DNA of 64,000 nt from Batkoa obscura (Eukaryota). Both the position numbers and the translations under genes were made by a program. The stretch covers positions 868,001-932,000 of the forward strand of contig JASVEC010000002.1 in the NCBI GenBank assembly GCA_030770535.1. Reading direction: 5' to 3'. Positions 1 to 13,908 of the stretch are shown here, in pieces. The notes beneath the pieces are model-generated. The model did not search any database, had not been told where the DNA came from, and worked only from the letters and a program-made list of their open reading frames with translations. Position 1 is the stretch's first letter. Each line of letters begins with the position of its first letter.

Positions 1-3000
1 CTTGATCTTCAACAATGATAGCCACTTCTGAATCCCTAAAACCAAGCATAGAACGATCATTGATATTAGCTGAACCGCAAATAACTACACGATCATCCAC
101 AATCATTAATTTAGAATGAATATAAACCAATTCAGTTACATATTGAGAAGCTGCCTCATGGTTTTCTGCTTCAATAGGCTTATTGCCTTCCGCTTCTAAC
201 GGTGTATTGCTATGACTTTCTTCTGGCTTGTTGATATTTAATTTCAATTTCATTTCTTTTAACTTTATTTCAGTTTTATTCGAATGATCTATTCCAGCTG
301 GTATAACTGTAGTTGGTTCATTTTTGTTTAAATTCAAATTGTTTCTCTTTTCAACATAGGAAGGCAAGTCTTCCTTTTCTTCCATTTCCAACGCTTCACT
401 ATTGTTCTCCTGATCTTTACTATAGCTACGCTTATTCTTATCTTTCTTTTTACCTTTTGTTTTGGGCTGAGCTACCCTACTCTCAGACTCTTCTTCATCA
501 GAGGATCTGGAATCTGCATCAACGCCTTTAAAAGCATCCAAGATGTTCTTAAATGAACTTTCATTTCTTTTGATACTTTGTTGCAAATGTTTGGGAAGTG
601 GGCTTTTAACATTACCCTGACTATTACTTCTAGTTTTTGGTAAATCAAAGTACCCTTCCGCCTGCTTCTCTGCTGGCGAATTAACGGTAAACCTATCATA
701 AACTGCAGGAGTTTGATTCCCTTCCTCGTCTGTCTCAACGTCTGGTTTATATTGATGAGATTGTGGTATAAAATCATAGTTTCTAAGGCCATGGAAGTGA
801 ACGTATTTTGTTGGCTCAATGCCTTCTTTACGTAATTGCCCCATCACTGATTCATCCCCTCGACATATCGATTGGTATTGCCATTGCATTACTAACCGAA
901 TTGTATTTGCACTAGCTTCATGTACGTCACTTTGAAAAGCTGGCATCAGTGGCATTATAATTATCACTTTAAATGGAGAATTTTCTTTATGTGCTTTGAT
1001 GATTCTTTTTACTAAGGCCTATTAAAGTGAATAAATAAATAAATAAATAAATAAATAAATATAGTAAACTTACTTTAGCAATTTGATTTTTAACCGAATA
1101 ATTACTTTCCCCTTTAGCAGCAGAGACAAAAAATTGATTTTCAATATAAATAAAATGTTTGGCAGCTGCAATGTTTTGTATATAAGCAGTATAAATAGAA
1201 TTCTCCAATTCGATACCAGAAGACCACTCAGCACTAGATCTTAATACCTGTACCCTACAGCTACCTTTTAGACTTTCCTCATCATAATCCTTGGAAAACT
1301 CAGCTTGTGGTAAAAGGTAAGGTACTTTAAGTTTTTGTTTTGCTTTAGAAGTCTTTATGAAATTCCAACGTTCAATAAAATGTCTAGCAACATCTCTAGC
1401 CCCTACACCAGTTAACGAAAGATGGATATCATGCCATGGCATTCTACCATGTTTCATACGGTCAATTAATTCTTTATTATAATCTTCTACATTTTCGAAA
1501 TCTCTAATTCGCGCATTGGAATAATCCTGACCAGGAAAAATAATATCATTACCATCTGATAATGGGTTATAATCTGCTACACGATGCGAATTATCATCAT
1601 ATCTACCAAAACAAAGATCCAAACCGCCAACAAACGCCAACTTGTTATCTATGATACAAATTTTCTCATGATGTGCCCAAAACCAGGTACCATTGGCTTG
1701 TACACGATCTGGGTGACGCAACACCTTAATCCGTGGATGCAATTTCTTCAATGTTTGCTTGGTATGTGCCGAATTATTAGGAAGAGAAACAGCAATCTCT
1801 TTGTAAACGATGACAAATATATCAACACCCTGTAAAGCTTTCTTTTTCAATAAACGATCTAACCGAAAGGAAGGATATTGTGAAGGCGGTCTTCTTAAAT
1901 ATAGTTCTGGACTAAGCCACCAATCAGCAATATAAATGGTATCTTTAGCATGTAAAATAGCTTCAGAAACATCATAAAAATAACCAGCTGCATCTACATA
2001 CCATTTCAAATTACAATTTTCTCTTATTGGAGCAAAGGAGTTGTAGCGATGTTCTTTTGTCCACATAGATTTTTTAATAGCTAAATTGATATGAGTACTC
2101 CAATGTTTGATGTCATTATAGGATTCCCCTTTTAAATCAATCTGTCTGTTGTGATCTATAATACTGATCTTACGATGATTTAAGGGATTCATAGACTCAA
2201 AAGATGATAAGTTTAAGCTTGTAAATTGATTGAAAAGGTATACATCAATAGGGGAGGTATCATACACTGATTTACACATAGCGATATAAGAATCTCTTAC
2301 AATAACCCATCTAGAAGACCATCTATGAAACATAATAGGAAAGCATCCCTTATTTGTTTTTGTGTTTCTTAAACTTAAAAACCCTTCTTTCCCTTTCCAA
2401 CCCATCAGCTTTTTAAATGAGCATCCACTCATTTCCAAAAACTCAAATAATTCCTTAACCATCTGCATATTCAATAGCTTACACGCTGATTTTAAATAGG
2501 CTTCTAATGCTTTTCTGCGCTCCAAGGACAACTGTGCCGAATGTTCTACATTTCTTGAAAATGCTCTTTGAAATGTATACGAAAAAATTGACGGAAAGCT
2601 GGGGATTGCCTTCACTTTCCCTTGAAATTTGCGCTTGTGCATATTCGCTCTCAGCTCTAAAAAATCAATTAAGCGTCGATAGATCACCCATCGAATAGGT
2701 CCATATTGTAGTTCAATACGAAATATATGACCATTGTCTTTAACACCATCCCCATCCATATCGGCAGAGGAATCCGTGATCTCAAGCTAAAAGTCAATAA
2801 ATACAATGGTTTTCTTTTCATATTAGGGTTATAACTCAAAACTTACCTTTAGAGCTTCAAGTATAATAGCTGGGGGCTCTCTTCCATGATCATAGTTGAA
2901 ATGATAAGAAGGGATAGCTAAAGCACTAGTCAAAAGAGGAAAGATGCTTTGTTCTGAGATGTAGTTTTTCTTTTTCTGTCTTAAGACAGAGTTGGCTAAC

Positions 3001-3418
3001 CTGATGTTAAATACCGCTTTCTTTAGTTTTTTAGTACCTTCTCTCTCTAATCCTAAATTATTATCATGTGGTATCATAGCAGTATTAGAGTTGATTGTTA
3101 CTGCATTGCTTTTTGTGTTCTGGGTCGAGGCAGTTTCTTTGACGATACTATCCCCATCTAGATCCTGGTTTTTTGGTTCTTTCATAAAACTATTTTCGTT
3201 TACCTCTCCTTCATTTAATGATATTTCTCCATTAATATCTTCTTTTATTGGTGACTTTATACTAGGTTCCATAGAGCTCTAAGAATATGGAGGGTATAAT
3301 TATAAATTTAAAGTTGCATATAAAGGATACTACTTACCAAGTAAATGTTAGGGGGGTATTGCGTTGGATTTAATGGTGAGACAGGAATTGTTGCGTCTTC
3401 AGGTTCATTATGCGTCAT
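1..3418 (-). CDS. SPO14: Phospholipase D1 (PX-PH-HKD type); 3' end lies beyond the left edge of the window
   Basis: PX-like [10 protein letters not shown] segment, PH region, [15 protein letters not shown], first HKD motif (HHEKICIID), YIENQFF, and second HKD ([12 protein letters not shown], about 90-125). Inferred exons 3418-3338, 3278-2847, 2786-1074, 1018-<1 with GT-AG introns. Confidence 0.95.
1029..1060. repeat. (AAAT)n microsatellite in a PLD intron
   Basis: About 8 tandem aaat units inside the 1019-1073 intron. Confidence 0.9.
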
Positions 3419-4295
3419 TGAAGATTAATAAGTAAATTTGGTAAGCAAGTGAGATTAAGCTAATCAGCAAAAAAAAGCAAATAGTTAAAGAAGAGTAAAA
3501 CTCATTTATTAATGGAAATTTTGTTCTTATCCTCTTTTTTTAGCAAGCCATTATGTTTGAGATATAGTTTTTAATTTATTGTTAGGCTTAAAATTCTGAT
3601 CTTAGACTTTTTTGGGAATTTTTAGCTAATAAAGTGATTTTTATGCGTTGAGTTTCTGGAAGTTAGCTCACTATGAGCTAAGATTAAATTTCCTAGGTTC
3701 TTTTTTTTTGCTCTAGGCATGTGTTCTTTATTCTTAGAAATTAATATTCACCCTATATGAAAGTCTAAAATTGGGTAGTGTTATTATAATAGTAAAAATA
3801 CAATTTATATAATAACTATATTAATATCTATATTTTTATTTTTCGAAACTTTCACTATCAAAAAATCAAAGCACCTCTATAAAAAATCACTATAATACCA
3901 AGCTCGAGTATTATTCAAACCTCTAATCATTCTTAAATTTAATACTATCAAACTTTTAGATCAATAAATCAATAAAGCTGTTGATAAATTGTGATAAAAT
4001 TAGGTAAACTATTATTATAAATTTAATTTTTTATCTCACATTTGTAAGATATTGGTGATTAATGATTGTTTTTTTGAAAGAATAGTAAGAACTAATGGCT
4101 GGCTTGAGCTTGATGTTACTGTTGTTGTTACTGTTACAGTAATAGAAAGCATAAAAATTGTTGAGATTATAAATTCTATTGATCTCAGTTTTTTTACATA
4201 TGACCTAAAGCTTTAAATTGAAACAATCTAAATGTTTGATTCACTTATATTTTGAATAAAAAAATAAATCAAAAATAAATAAACACAAACTATAT

Positions 4296-4392
4296 GGGGC
4301 TGTTTCTTTTGGTTTCATTATTTTTCCATTTTTTAAGCACTATTTAAGTGGAAAGGTTATAGTAAAATTCTTAAACAAAAAAATACATCCCC
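4296..4392 (+). mobile_element. ~100-bp MITE (Sola-like family), copy 1
   Basis: GGGG...CCCC termini, ATAT on both flanks, shared internal sequence ttcatta-ttttccatt-aagcRctatt-gtggaaa-agtaaaattcttaaa. Confidence 0.9.
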
Positions 4393-4466
4393 ATATTCTA
4401 AAAAATAGTGTTATCCCTTAAGATAGTTTAGTTCTATTAATTTAGATTTTAGTTAAGTTATTATAT

Positions 4467-4565
4467 GGGGATGTATTTTTTTGCTTAATAATTTTACTAA
4501 CAATTTTTCCGCTCGAATAGTGCTTAAAAAATGGAAAAAGTTATGAAACCAAAAAAAACAGCCCC
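4467..4565 (-). mobile_element. MITE copy 2
   Basis: Reverse complement of the family consensus; ATAT TSD. Confidence 0.9.
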
Positions 4566-4931
4566 ATATATAAGTTTTAAATATGTTTATAAACGGCCAT
4601 TACATAAAATCATAGTTATATTCAAATAATTTAAAATTAAATCGCCGAATATTTGTTAAATAGTGAAGTTTAAAGTTTAAAGTATAACTTTATTTTTAAA
4701 TGTCAATGTTCTGAAGACTTTCAGCTTAGTTTTGTTTATTTTATCTCACAATGATATAAAACATTTGAGAAATAAAATACTTAAGGACAATAGGAGTAAT
4801 ATTTATTAAAACAAAACAAAATTTAGTACAAAATAAAATTATTAAAGAACTTTTATTATGCCAGAAACCAAAAAATTGAAAATCGTTTTTATTTTTTATT
4901 ATCAATGTAACTCCTAATAACTTTTAATAAT

Positions 4932-5029
4932 GGGAGTGTTTTTTTTGACTTCATTATTTTTTCCATTTTTAAGCGCTATTTAAGCGGAAAGTTTGTTAGT
5001 AAAACTTTTAAACAAAAAAATACAGCCCC
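4932..5029 (+). mobile_element. MITE copy 3
   Basis: Family consensus; TSD imperfect. Confidence 0.88.
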
Positions 5030-5821
5030 AATGCTCATTATGTTTTAATTTGGATATTTTGGTTTAATTATAAACTCAGCTGTATCAGCTAACATTCTAA
5101 AATGTAGTGAAAATATCATAAAAAGTATATAGCATTTTCAACCCATCATTGTATCTCATAAAAAAATCTAAACAAACTGATCGAAAAAATTCGATAATAA
5201 TTTTAGACAAAAGTGAACAGAAGTGAGGAAAATCGTGAACTTCAGTTATTGTATCCTGTACTTTGCTCTTTTTTCCAAAAGACTTTATCAGAACTCCATC
5301 AATTTGTCTAGATTTTTTCACAAGACAACCGTGATTAGTTAAGTATTGTATTAGCTTTAATTTGTTATAAGCAATTTTCATTTTTTAATGCTTTAGTAAA
5401 ATGCTCACAAAATCAAATAATTTAGTAAAAGCGAGACTTCTTAGAACTTAAACTAATCATTTTTAAATATGAGATTCGAATGTTAATTAAAAAACTATAA
5501 TTCTCATACAATAGATGACAATATAATAGTATTAATATTGTAAACTTGTTTCTATTTTTTCTATCAAGTAGCCTTTTTACATTTTAATAATCCACTTAGT
5601 CATATTTAAACTGCTAACTGTAGCCTCTTTTAAATAGGAAAAGCAATAGTGACAAATCAAGATATAATTGGATTTAGCAATCAAAAAAAGGTGAGGTGGT
5701 CCATGAATAAAACACGAAACGCCCATTTTATTGGTTAAAGTCGAGATGAAACATTCTAAATGGCAAGCAATGATTAGCTAATTTGAATCACGAGGAAAAA
5801 GAAATGCAATAGATTCAACCG

Positions 5822-5880
5822 ATTGGCTTTAATCTTTCTGGAAGCTTCGATAGCAGTAGCTAAAAAACAAATATAAAAAG
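5822..5880 (+). promoter_or_regulatory. Calreticulin promoter: inverted CCAAT box, heat-shock element, TATA-like box
   Basis: ATTGG at 5822-5826; TTCtgGAAgcTTC at 5836-5848; TATAAAA at 5872-5878, about 50 bp upstream of the ATG. Confidence 0.55.
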
Positions 5881-5924
5881 CAATTTTATAACTTAACAAC
5901 CTTCAAGTTTTATTTAAGTAAAAA

Positions 5925-7272
5925 ATGAGAGCTTATAATTATATATTAACCAGTTTAGCTATATCCGCAATTAGCGGTAAGGTATACTTTGAAGAGACAT
6001 TCGATGGGGAGCTCGGAAAAGAATGGGTCAATTCAGAAGCTAAGAAAGATCTCGGAAAGTTTGTAGTAAGCCCAGGTCAATTTTATGCTGATGAAAAGGC
6101 TAGCCGTGGTTTACAAACCTCAGAAGACGCCAGATTTTATGCTATCTCTGCTCCTCTTAAAGAAACTATCGATAACAAAGATAAAGACCTCGTTATTCAA
6201 TTCTCTGTCAAATTTGAACAAGATATTGATTGTGGTGGAGGTTATATTAAGGTACGTTGCTAATTTTTTTTATTTTTTTTAACTAAGATGTTTTAGCTTG
6301 CTCCAAAATTTGATCCTAAGAAATTAGATGGAGAAACCCCCTATAATGTCATGTTCGGAGTAAGTTTGTTCCGTTTGATTATATTAAACTTTATTAATTG
6401 TAAATTTATAGCCTGATGTATGTGGCTCTGACCGTAAAGTCCATGCCATCCTTAACTACAAAGGGGAAAACAAACTTACCAAGCGCTACGTAAGTGTACC
6501 AAGTGACCTTTTAACCCATCAATACACCTTTGCCATTCATCCAGATAAAACTTATGAGATTTTAGTCGACAACGAGCAAAAGGTGAACGGAACCTTACTC
6601 GAAGATTGGGATTTATTACCACCAAAAGAAATTGAAGACCCAGAAGATAAAAAACCTGAAGATTGGGTTGAGGAACCAACAATCGATGATCCTGAAGATA
6701 AAAAACCTGAAGATTGGGTTGATGGACCAGAAACTATCCCAGATTCAGAAGCTGTTAAGCCAGAGGATTGGAATGATGAGGATGACGGTGAATGGGAACG
6801 CCCTTCCATCCCAAATCCAGAATATAAAGGAGAATTTAAACCAAAAACAATCCCTAACCCAGAGTACAAAGGAGAATGGGCCCCTAAGAAGATTCCTAAT
6901 CCAGAATATAAGGAAGATGATACCATTGGTCAATATACTTCAGAGTATATTGCTTTTGATTTATGGCAAGTTAAATCTGGAACCATCTTTGATAACATCT
7001 TAATCACAGATGACTTGGAGTATGCCAAAAAGTTTTCAGAGAAACATTACGTTGCTCACAAAGAAGCTGAAGAAAAGGCACTTGAAGTTGAAGAAAAGAG
7101 AAAGGCTGCCGAACAAGAAAAACTTGATAAAGAAAAGGAAGAAGAAGAAAAAGCTAAGAAAGTAACTGATGAAGCCGAAGCTAAAGCTGAAGAAGAAGAA
7201 GAGAAGGAAAAAGAAAAGGAGTCTGAAGAAGATTTAGATTTGGATTTGGAAGATGAAAAGGATGAGCTTTAA
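5925..7272 (+). CDS. CALR: Calreticulin
   Basis: Signal peptide, GLQTSEDARFYAIS, VKFEQDIDCGGGYIK, MFGPDVCG, P-domain repeats (IxDPEDKKPEDW; IPNPEYKGEW), acidic tail ending KDEL, no TM segment. Exons 5925-6251, 6297-6359, 6412-7272. Confidence 0.97.
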
Positions 7273-7612
7273 GCTGTTTGAAGTTTTACTATTTTTTAAA
7301 TTAAAAAATAGATCATAAAAATCTATAAATAAAATACCAGTATCTAATTTATATTTACTTTTTATTATAATTTTATTAATTTTCAATATATGATAAATAA
7401 ATACTAAACACCAATAAGAGGCAAAAAAACACAAACAGTAATGAACTATAATAACAAAAAATAATAGTTAGATATAAATAATGAATAAAAGATAACGGGA
7501 TTCAAATAATAATGATGAATAGCAATTAAAAAAAGGGCTTCTATCAACTACTTTATTAAAGCGATAACACATGTAAATAGTATAGTAGTTCTATATATCA
7601 TTTTTGTTTAAA

Positions 7613-8575
7613 TCATAATTCAGCAGTAGGCCTTTGAAACTCTACAATACCATTATAAATATATTTGGACTCTATGTTCTCAAGGTGTAAAAGTTGACTT
7701 CGAACATAGCGAACCATATAAGCTATTTGTTTTTCTTTAATTGAGCCTTCACAAGTGGTGAAAAAATTTCTATTTAAAAAGTTAAACTAAAATGTGTGAA
7801 AAAAAGTTTAGGATTACCTCCAAAGTGCAGCTGCAAGCACAAGGTCTGATTTACACATACCCTCGTCATAAGCTAAGTTAGATCCACGGAAAGACTGAAT
7901 CATTTCCTTTACTGTTTTAACTACTATTCTTTCTGATTTGATCTAGATATGAAGTTACATTAAAAACTATTGATATTGATTCAATTAATAATTTACTCCA
8001 TAATCCCTAATCTTATGCTCTACGCCATTAAAAAACCTATTGACTAACATCTGGTTGGTAGCTCTACCATTAGGTTCTGCACGAATCCTAACCATAACCA
8101 TCCATAAATGTAATTGAGTGATAGAAAACCAAGTTTGAAAGTTATCAGGAAGTCCACAAACTATAAAGGTTAAAATCCCATTACTATTGTTATTAAATAA
8201 AAATAATATATTCCTTTACCTTCCACAAAGAACTCTTTGTTATCATCCAACATTTCTTCACATGAAGTATAAATCCCTTGTACCTGTCGAGTTAATACTA
8301 CTTGAGGGATCTTGTGTAGGTTTAATTTAACAACTAGCTTTTCATACCATGTTTTTGGGTTCTCAAAACCAATGATGGGGTGTTCCTCCTTTTTAGCAGT
8401 CAAGAGGGAAGTATTATGAAACGCTCTTGTTGAAACTACCATTGTAGTTACTGGTTTTATACTTGGGGTTAATGCCATGAGAAGACACTGTTTTTGATAC
8501 TATTAGTTTATGAATTTTTTACTTTTTATCTTTGCTTACTTTGGATGTGGGCTTGTTGATTAAATTCGATTTCAT
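7613..8575 (-). CDS. CBP3: Ubiquinol-cytochrome c reductase chaperone Cbp3/UQCC1
   Basis: Spliced translation contains LPDNFQTWFSITQLHLWMVMVRIR and FRGSNLAYDEGMCKSDLVLAAALWRNFF; mitochondrial-type N-terminus; several short introns. Confidence 0.9.
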
Positions 8576-8849
8576 TTTTTAAATTTAAATAAACAAGTAT
8601 TTTTTTTTTGAAAAATTATGAAGACTGTTTTTGATTTTTAACTATTAAGGTTTTTTTTCGCTTGAAAATGATTGGCTTTTGGTTTTATGCAAGTATGATT
8701 TTCGATGAATAAAAATGGGAAATTTTACGATTTTATTTAAATATCTTTCCAAGCAATAATATAACATTTCTAACTTATAACAAAATTTTGTTTCATATAA
8801 TAATAGCAACAAATAGTTTCATATTCATAATTTTTATTCAAAATATAAA

Positions 8850-11800
8850 TTAATTGAAAATTTTAATAGCTTTTTCTCCAAACCTTTGGAACCTAGAACT
8901 TTTATCCAAATGGTCCAACCCAAGTTGGTGTTCTAAATTGAATTCAATTCCTTGCCATTCTTCATCTAATAAAATTGAAACAATAATTAATATTTATCGT
9001 CCTTATTAAATAGTTAAATAAACTAATTACCACTTTCAATATAACTAGATTGTAAACTATATAAGCTATCTCCTACGACTGATGCTAACTTATATTTAGA
9101 AAATTCTTTTTCAGATACTCCTAATCGATTACTTAATCGTACTTTAAAGTCTTCAAATGGCTCATCCTAAACAATTATTGAGAACTAAACAATCTAAATA
9201 AGACAAACTCATTTACCTTCGATTTTTTAATTAGGAAAGGAGTACCATGGGTGCGAATTTCTTCTTTAGAAAAGTGAAATACAGGCACCAAAACATCTGA
9301 TTCTTGGGTCTTACTATTTTCTGGTGTTATAGTCTAATAAAAAACATAAGTATACATCCAACAAAGCCAAGACTTTAGTTTACTTCTGCATAAATCACTG
9401 CATGCTTACTAAGCTCTGAAACTAAAAGGTCCTCCTCAACAAAACCAGCAAACCTTGCTTGGTCCGCTTCATAGCATTGTATATTTTCCACTTTAATATT
9501 GACCTCTTCAAGTTTCTCATAAAGCAATTCTAATACTTCTTTCATGCTTCCATCTTTTGGTACCAAAAGATCAAATGTGGTCTCATCTTTAATGCTATCA
9601 CCTAAATAGATAACCTGTACATTTCTTTTAGATTCCAATTCAACTATAGTAACTTCAAGTAGTTCATAGTATACTATACATGGTTGATTATACATATAAT
9701 TATAGCGTAATATATTTTCTAACAGAGTTTGTGGAGCATAAGATACTGGGGTAGATAAAAGGCTGCGTGCACCATTTGGTGTATAAAGTCGAAGCTTAAG
9801 AGGATCTACTTTTAATTTACTAGCTAAAATACCAACAAACTGAGATATAACATTAGTAAAAAAATTGAATCATTAACATAATTAACTTACTTCTTCGTAA
9901 GTCAATTTTCTATTTAAACTTAAAATTATATCTGTTTTTGTATCTACTTGATTAACATTGGAAGTAACAGCTTTGTCTTTGAATGCAATTACTACTTGAT
10001 TGCTTAAATTTTCAAAGTAACCTAAAATTCCTCCATTTTCATTATCGCTTAATTTACTAAACAAGAATAAAGATAATGAATAAAATCATATAATAATAAT
10101 AATAATATACTTTTCAATTGCTTTTTGGAAACAAATGATATCCCCAGTAGTAATATCGGCATTAGCTAAAGTAAGATCTAAAGGAATTGGTTCTACATAA
10201 TTTTGTTTAACCTCCTAATAAATTAAATTGATTTAACAACATTATTAATTGTATATTATTAATTTACATCAAACAAATCTAATGGTGTATCGGTGGGGAA
10301 ATTCATATAGGTGTTTAAACAAGCAACAATCTCACTAAATGGAGTTGCTTTATTTGCATAAAATTTCCCAACATAACTAAACTTTTTAATATTATTCATA
10401 TATTTAATAAAGTAATCTACTTACCTTAAATTTTTTTCTTCGTGATCGTAGTATTTAACCATTACTAGAATAATTTGTTCATTTTCAACATCAGGAAACA
10501 CCTAGACAAAATTTTAAATAAATACATGACGAACCAAATTAATACTTACTGGATCTCTAGGGATGATGAAATTTGAAGTTTCAATATAAATTATTCCTGG
10601 TGAATATTCCCCAAAATATTTTTCTTTAAATTTCCCAACACCTACAAATTGGTATTTATACTTAATTGAAAAATAGGAATCAACTTACTTAATTCTTCAA
10701 CATGGTCTATCAAAGAAGCAACCCTAAAAGTCTGATTTTCTCTTAAAACAATTGACCATAAACGGAAAGTTCCTTCTTGAAGAACAGCAGTACCAGCAAT
10801 ATATTTTATAAGCTCATTTAAGCTAGATGCTTTGGGAAAAGATAAATTATAAAAGGAGGGTGGTATATTGTAACTATCTGGTGATTCTAAAATTCCAAAT
10901 CCGTGATGACTTCTAATTTCTTCATCTGTCAGCACCTAAACAATATTAACTAAACTATCCAATAATAACTAATAGGGTTTACTCTAAAATTAGCTTGAAG
11001 ACCAAGTTCAGTTCTCTTCTTAGTAGCTGCAATAGCTGCTGCCTTTTCTTTATCAATCCTTTCGACTATCAAAGTTTAAATATTTATATATATACAAATG
11101 TTATAATTAATTACGCAAGTGGTGAGGCACATCATCAATAGTAACCTCACTAAGTATCTCTTTTAACTTAGATTTACGAACATAAACTAACATATAAGCA
11201 TTGCTAAACTTTTTCAAAAGTCGGTGATTTGGTCTCATTCCAGGAGTTAATGTCATGCCTCCGGTATCTGACCCAAAACTTTCTTCAAATACTTCATTAT
11301 CTGTTGCAAAGGTGACTCTGTCATCATCAAATTTATACCTGGATAAATAAATAAATATTCATGTCAAAAATTTTATAATTAAAACATACCATTTGCCGCC
11401 TGGAGTTGGTTTAAGAAGAGCAAAATAATGGCCCCCATGTAGATCACCACTATGTACTAGCACGCCATGGAGTTGATATTCCCAGGATTCTGAACGATCT
11501 GCTTCTTCTGAAAGGAAATCACCTAAATCAATGGAATCTGGGAACTCATAACGGTCATTGATTTTAACCATCATATCACGCATAAAATCATAATCAAATC
11601 GTTTTAATTGAAGGTGTAAAACCGGAGGAAAGCTTTCAAATATAACTCCTTTTTTAGCATCTTGGAGCCCATAACCTTCTGCCATATATTTGTTTTCTCC
11701 TTCTAATACTTCTACCTCAACATAATTCTCAAATGATTCTCGTACGTTTTTGCACCCTTTTACATTCAATTGTATATCATAAAAATCTTCAGTTCTTGAA

Positions 11801-12935
11801 GATTCATATTTGACTTCTGTGCATGTAATATAGCTCTTCATTTTACCAACAAATAATCTTTGAATAGCTCCCTCCGCTGCTGTTTTTTTCATCTTACCCT
11901 CAAGATTATCTTGTAAAACTCTATTAAATTCTTGTACATCATGCTGCATAAATGAGTCCATCGTATCCCATCCAAAAGACTTGGTAAGCTCATTAGTACC
12001 AACTGATATAGATGAATTTTGCAATTGATAAAACACTCTTTGAAGTGCCAAAGCCACACTGTTATTTGGGTCATCGTTTTCGGTTGGTATTTTAAATACC
12101 GCTTTTCGAAAGTAGTTTGTAAAATAAAGAGACTGTAACAAAGAATTCATATAACAAGTAGCACCTTGATTCAATAACCCAACATATCCAGTAGCTTTCT
12201 TTGAATCGTAATTATTGTAGTTGCTCCAAAGATAACCTGTAGGATCCTTAACTACTCTCACGTAAAGCGCAATGACTAAACAATCGTTTTCCATAAGTGG
12301 TTTTGACTTTCCGTTCATCTTGGTATTTAAAGCTCTTTTATCAAATAACTTCCCATATCCCCAATCTGCTTCCTGCTTTGTAAAACGATGATGAGCCTCA
12401 TGTTTTGTATATACACTGTTGTCCTCTTTATTGGCTATAATTAATAAAAATTGGGCGCAAATAGACCATTGATCATCAGCGTCTTCCGGTGGTATTACTT
12501 CGGCAAATAAAGACATGGGTCCGATTCCTCCTTGATTACCATTAGGAAACAATAAGGCTCGCCTTTTGATGTTAGTTAATAAACCTTTTTATCAAATTAA
12601 ATTTATTCAATACCATTTAAGCCCCCCACATTCTACCTCTGGTCCCCCTATTTTAGTTGGTAATGCTGAAAAGTTATCAATAGTCCAGATCGTGTAGGCA
12701 GACTGAATCACATCATAACCTGACTGGGGTAGGTTTTTGTCAAAAAAATGCTCTAAATAAAGTTAATATTTTACATGGAACTAATTGGAATTTAACTACC
12801 ATCAAGCATAACTTGCTCTTGTTCCGGTTCAGGTATCAAAGAATTGAACTCTCTAGAGTTATCAGATATATCTGGTGAAGAGTCCTAAAGGTCTATTAAT
12901 ACTTATAGCTCAATATTCTTTTTAAATATTACCAT
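8850..12935 (-). CDS. UBP15: Ubiquitin-specific protease Ubp15/USP7 (MATH + USP + UBL domains)
   Basis: MATH domain (AHHRF...DWGY), Cys box GYVGLLNQGATCYMNSLLQ, His box VLVHSGDLHGGHY, C-terminal LGLDHLDK...EKAIKIFN; many introns. Confidence 0.96.
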
Positions 12936-13490
12936 TATTTATAACTATCTTTTTTAATTATCTAAAAAACTAAAGTTGGATTAAATAAGTTTTAGTACAA
13001 GTTTTGAACTGGTTGGTTATTAATAGCGTCATAAGCTGAAGTTAACTTTATCTCTATTGGTTAATTTAATTTTTTGTTCTAAGCTTTTCTTACTTACAGT
13101 TTTATTTAATTTGGTATATTGACTGTACAGAAATAAACTTTTATATGGCTATAACAAATTGTTATTTAACTATTATAGAAGTTAAAAAACAACTTACAGC
13201 TTGTTTTGATATTTTAGTATAGCTTGTAAAACTAAAAAATAACTTTGTACTTTGTGTTATGTTCAGTTAAACTATTTTATTACTGATTTTTATGATTAAT
13301 TTTAAACTTAGATATAATTTGTAAAATTATATAACAAATCAATGATAAAAAACAATAATAGAAAAACAGAATGATAACAGAAATAGAATGTAACCATAGT
13401 ATTTTATTGCTCAACTAGTTTCAGTAATTTGATACTTATCCAATTTTTCTGGATCTTTTAAAATTTTCTGTATTCGATTTTTTAATATTA

Positions 13491-13584
13491 GGGGATGTTT
13501 TTTTTGATTTCATTACTTTTTCCATTTTTAAGGGCTATTTGGATAGAAAAATTGCTAGTAGAATTTAAATAAAAATACATTTAC
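13491..13584 (+). mobile_element. MITE copy 4 (degenerate)
   Basis: Matches the consensus; right TIR eroded. Confidence 0.8.
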
Positions 13585-13757
13585 ATTATTTTGATTTATT
13601 TGCTTGATAGTTTCAAAATTTTATATTAAAATCGCAAACTAATCTATGTTTTTTACTTAACTATTTTATAAATTCTAATAGTTTTTTTATTAAGCATAAA
13701 AATCATTACTTTAAAATAAATGTCTTTTATTAAAGAAACAGATTATCGGACAAATCA

Positions 13758-13828
13758 TGCGTAAACTGGGAATCGAACCCAGGCCACTTCTTTGGAAGAG
13801 AAGTATTCTACCTCTATACTATTTACGC
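13758..13828 (-). tRNA. tRNA-Gly (anticodon TCC)
   Basis: Reverse complement GCGTAAA...TTTACGC-A acceptor stem, anticodon arm CTTCT-CTTCCAA-AGAAG, T arm CTGGG-TTCGATT-CCCAG; 71 nt, no intron. Confidence 0.95.
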
Positions 13829-13908
13829 CATCACGCATTATGTGTTTTTGTTAAACAATTTTATTGCAATAAAATTACAGGCTAGCAGCTAGCTACGTCA
13901 ATGGATAT

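Noticed and set aside
313..819. ORFs 313-531 (+) and 472-819 (-)
   Set aside because: They lie within the last visible PLD exon in other frames; the PLD frame continues to the second HKD motif.
5097..5381. 94-aa minus-strand ORF
   Set aside because: No recognisable motif or splice context; may be a TE or gene relic but unsupported.
6476..7003. Alternative-frame and antisense ORFs in calreticulin
   Set aside because: Shadows of the P-domain repeats.
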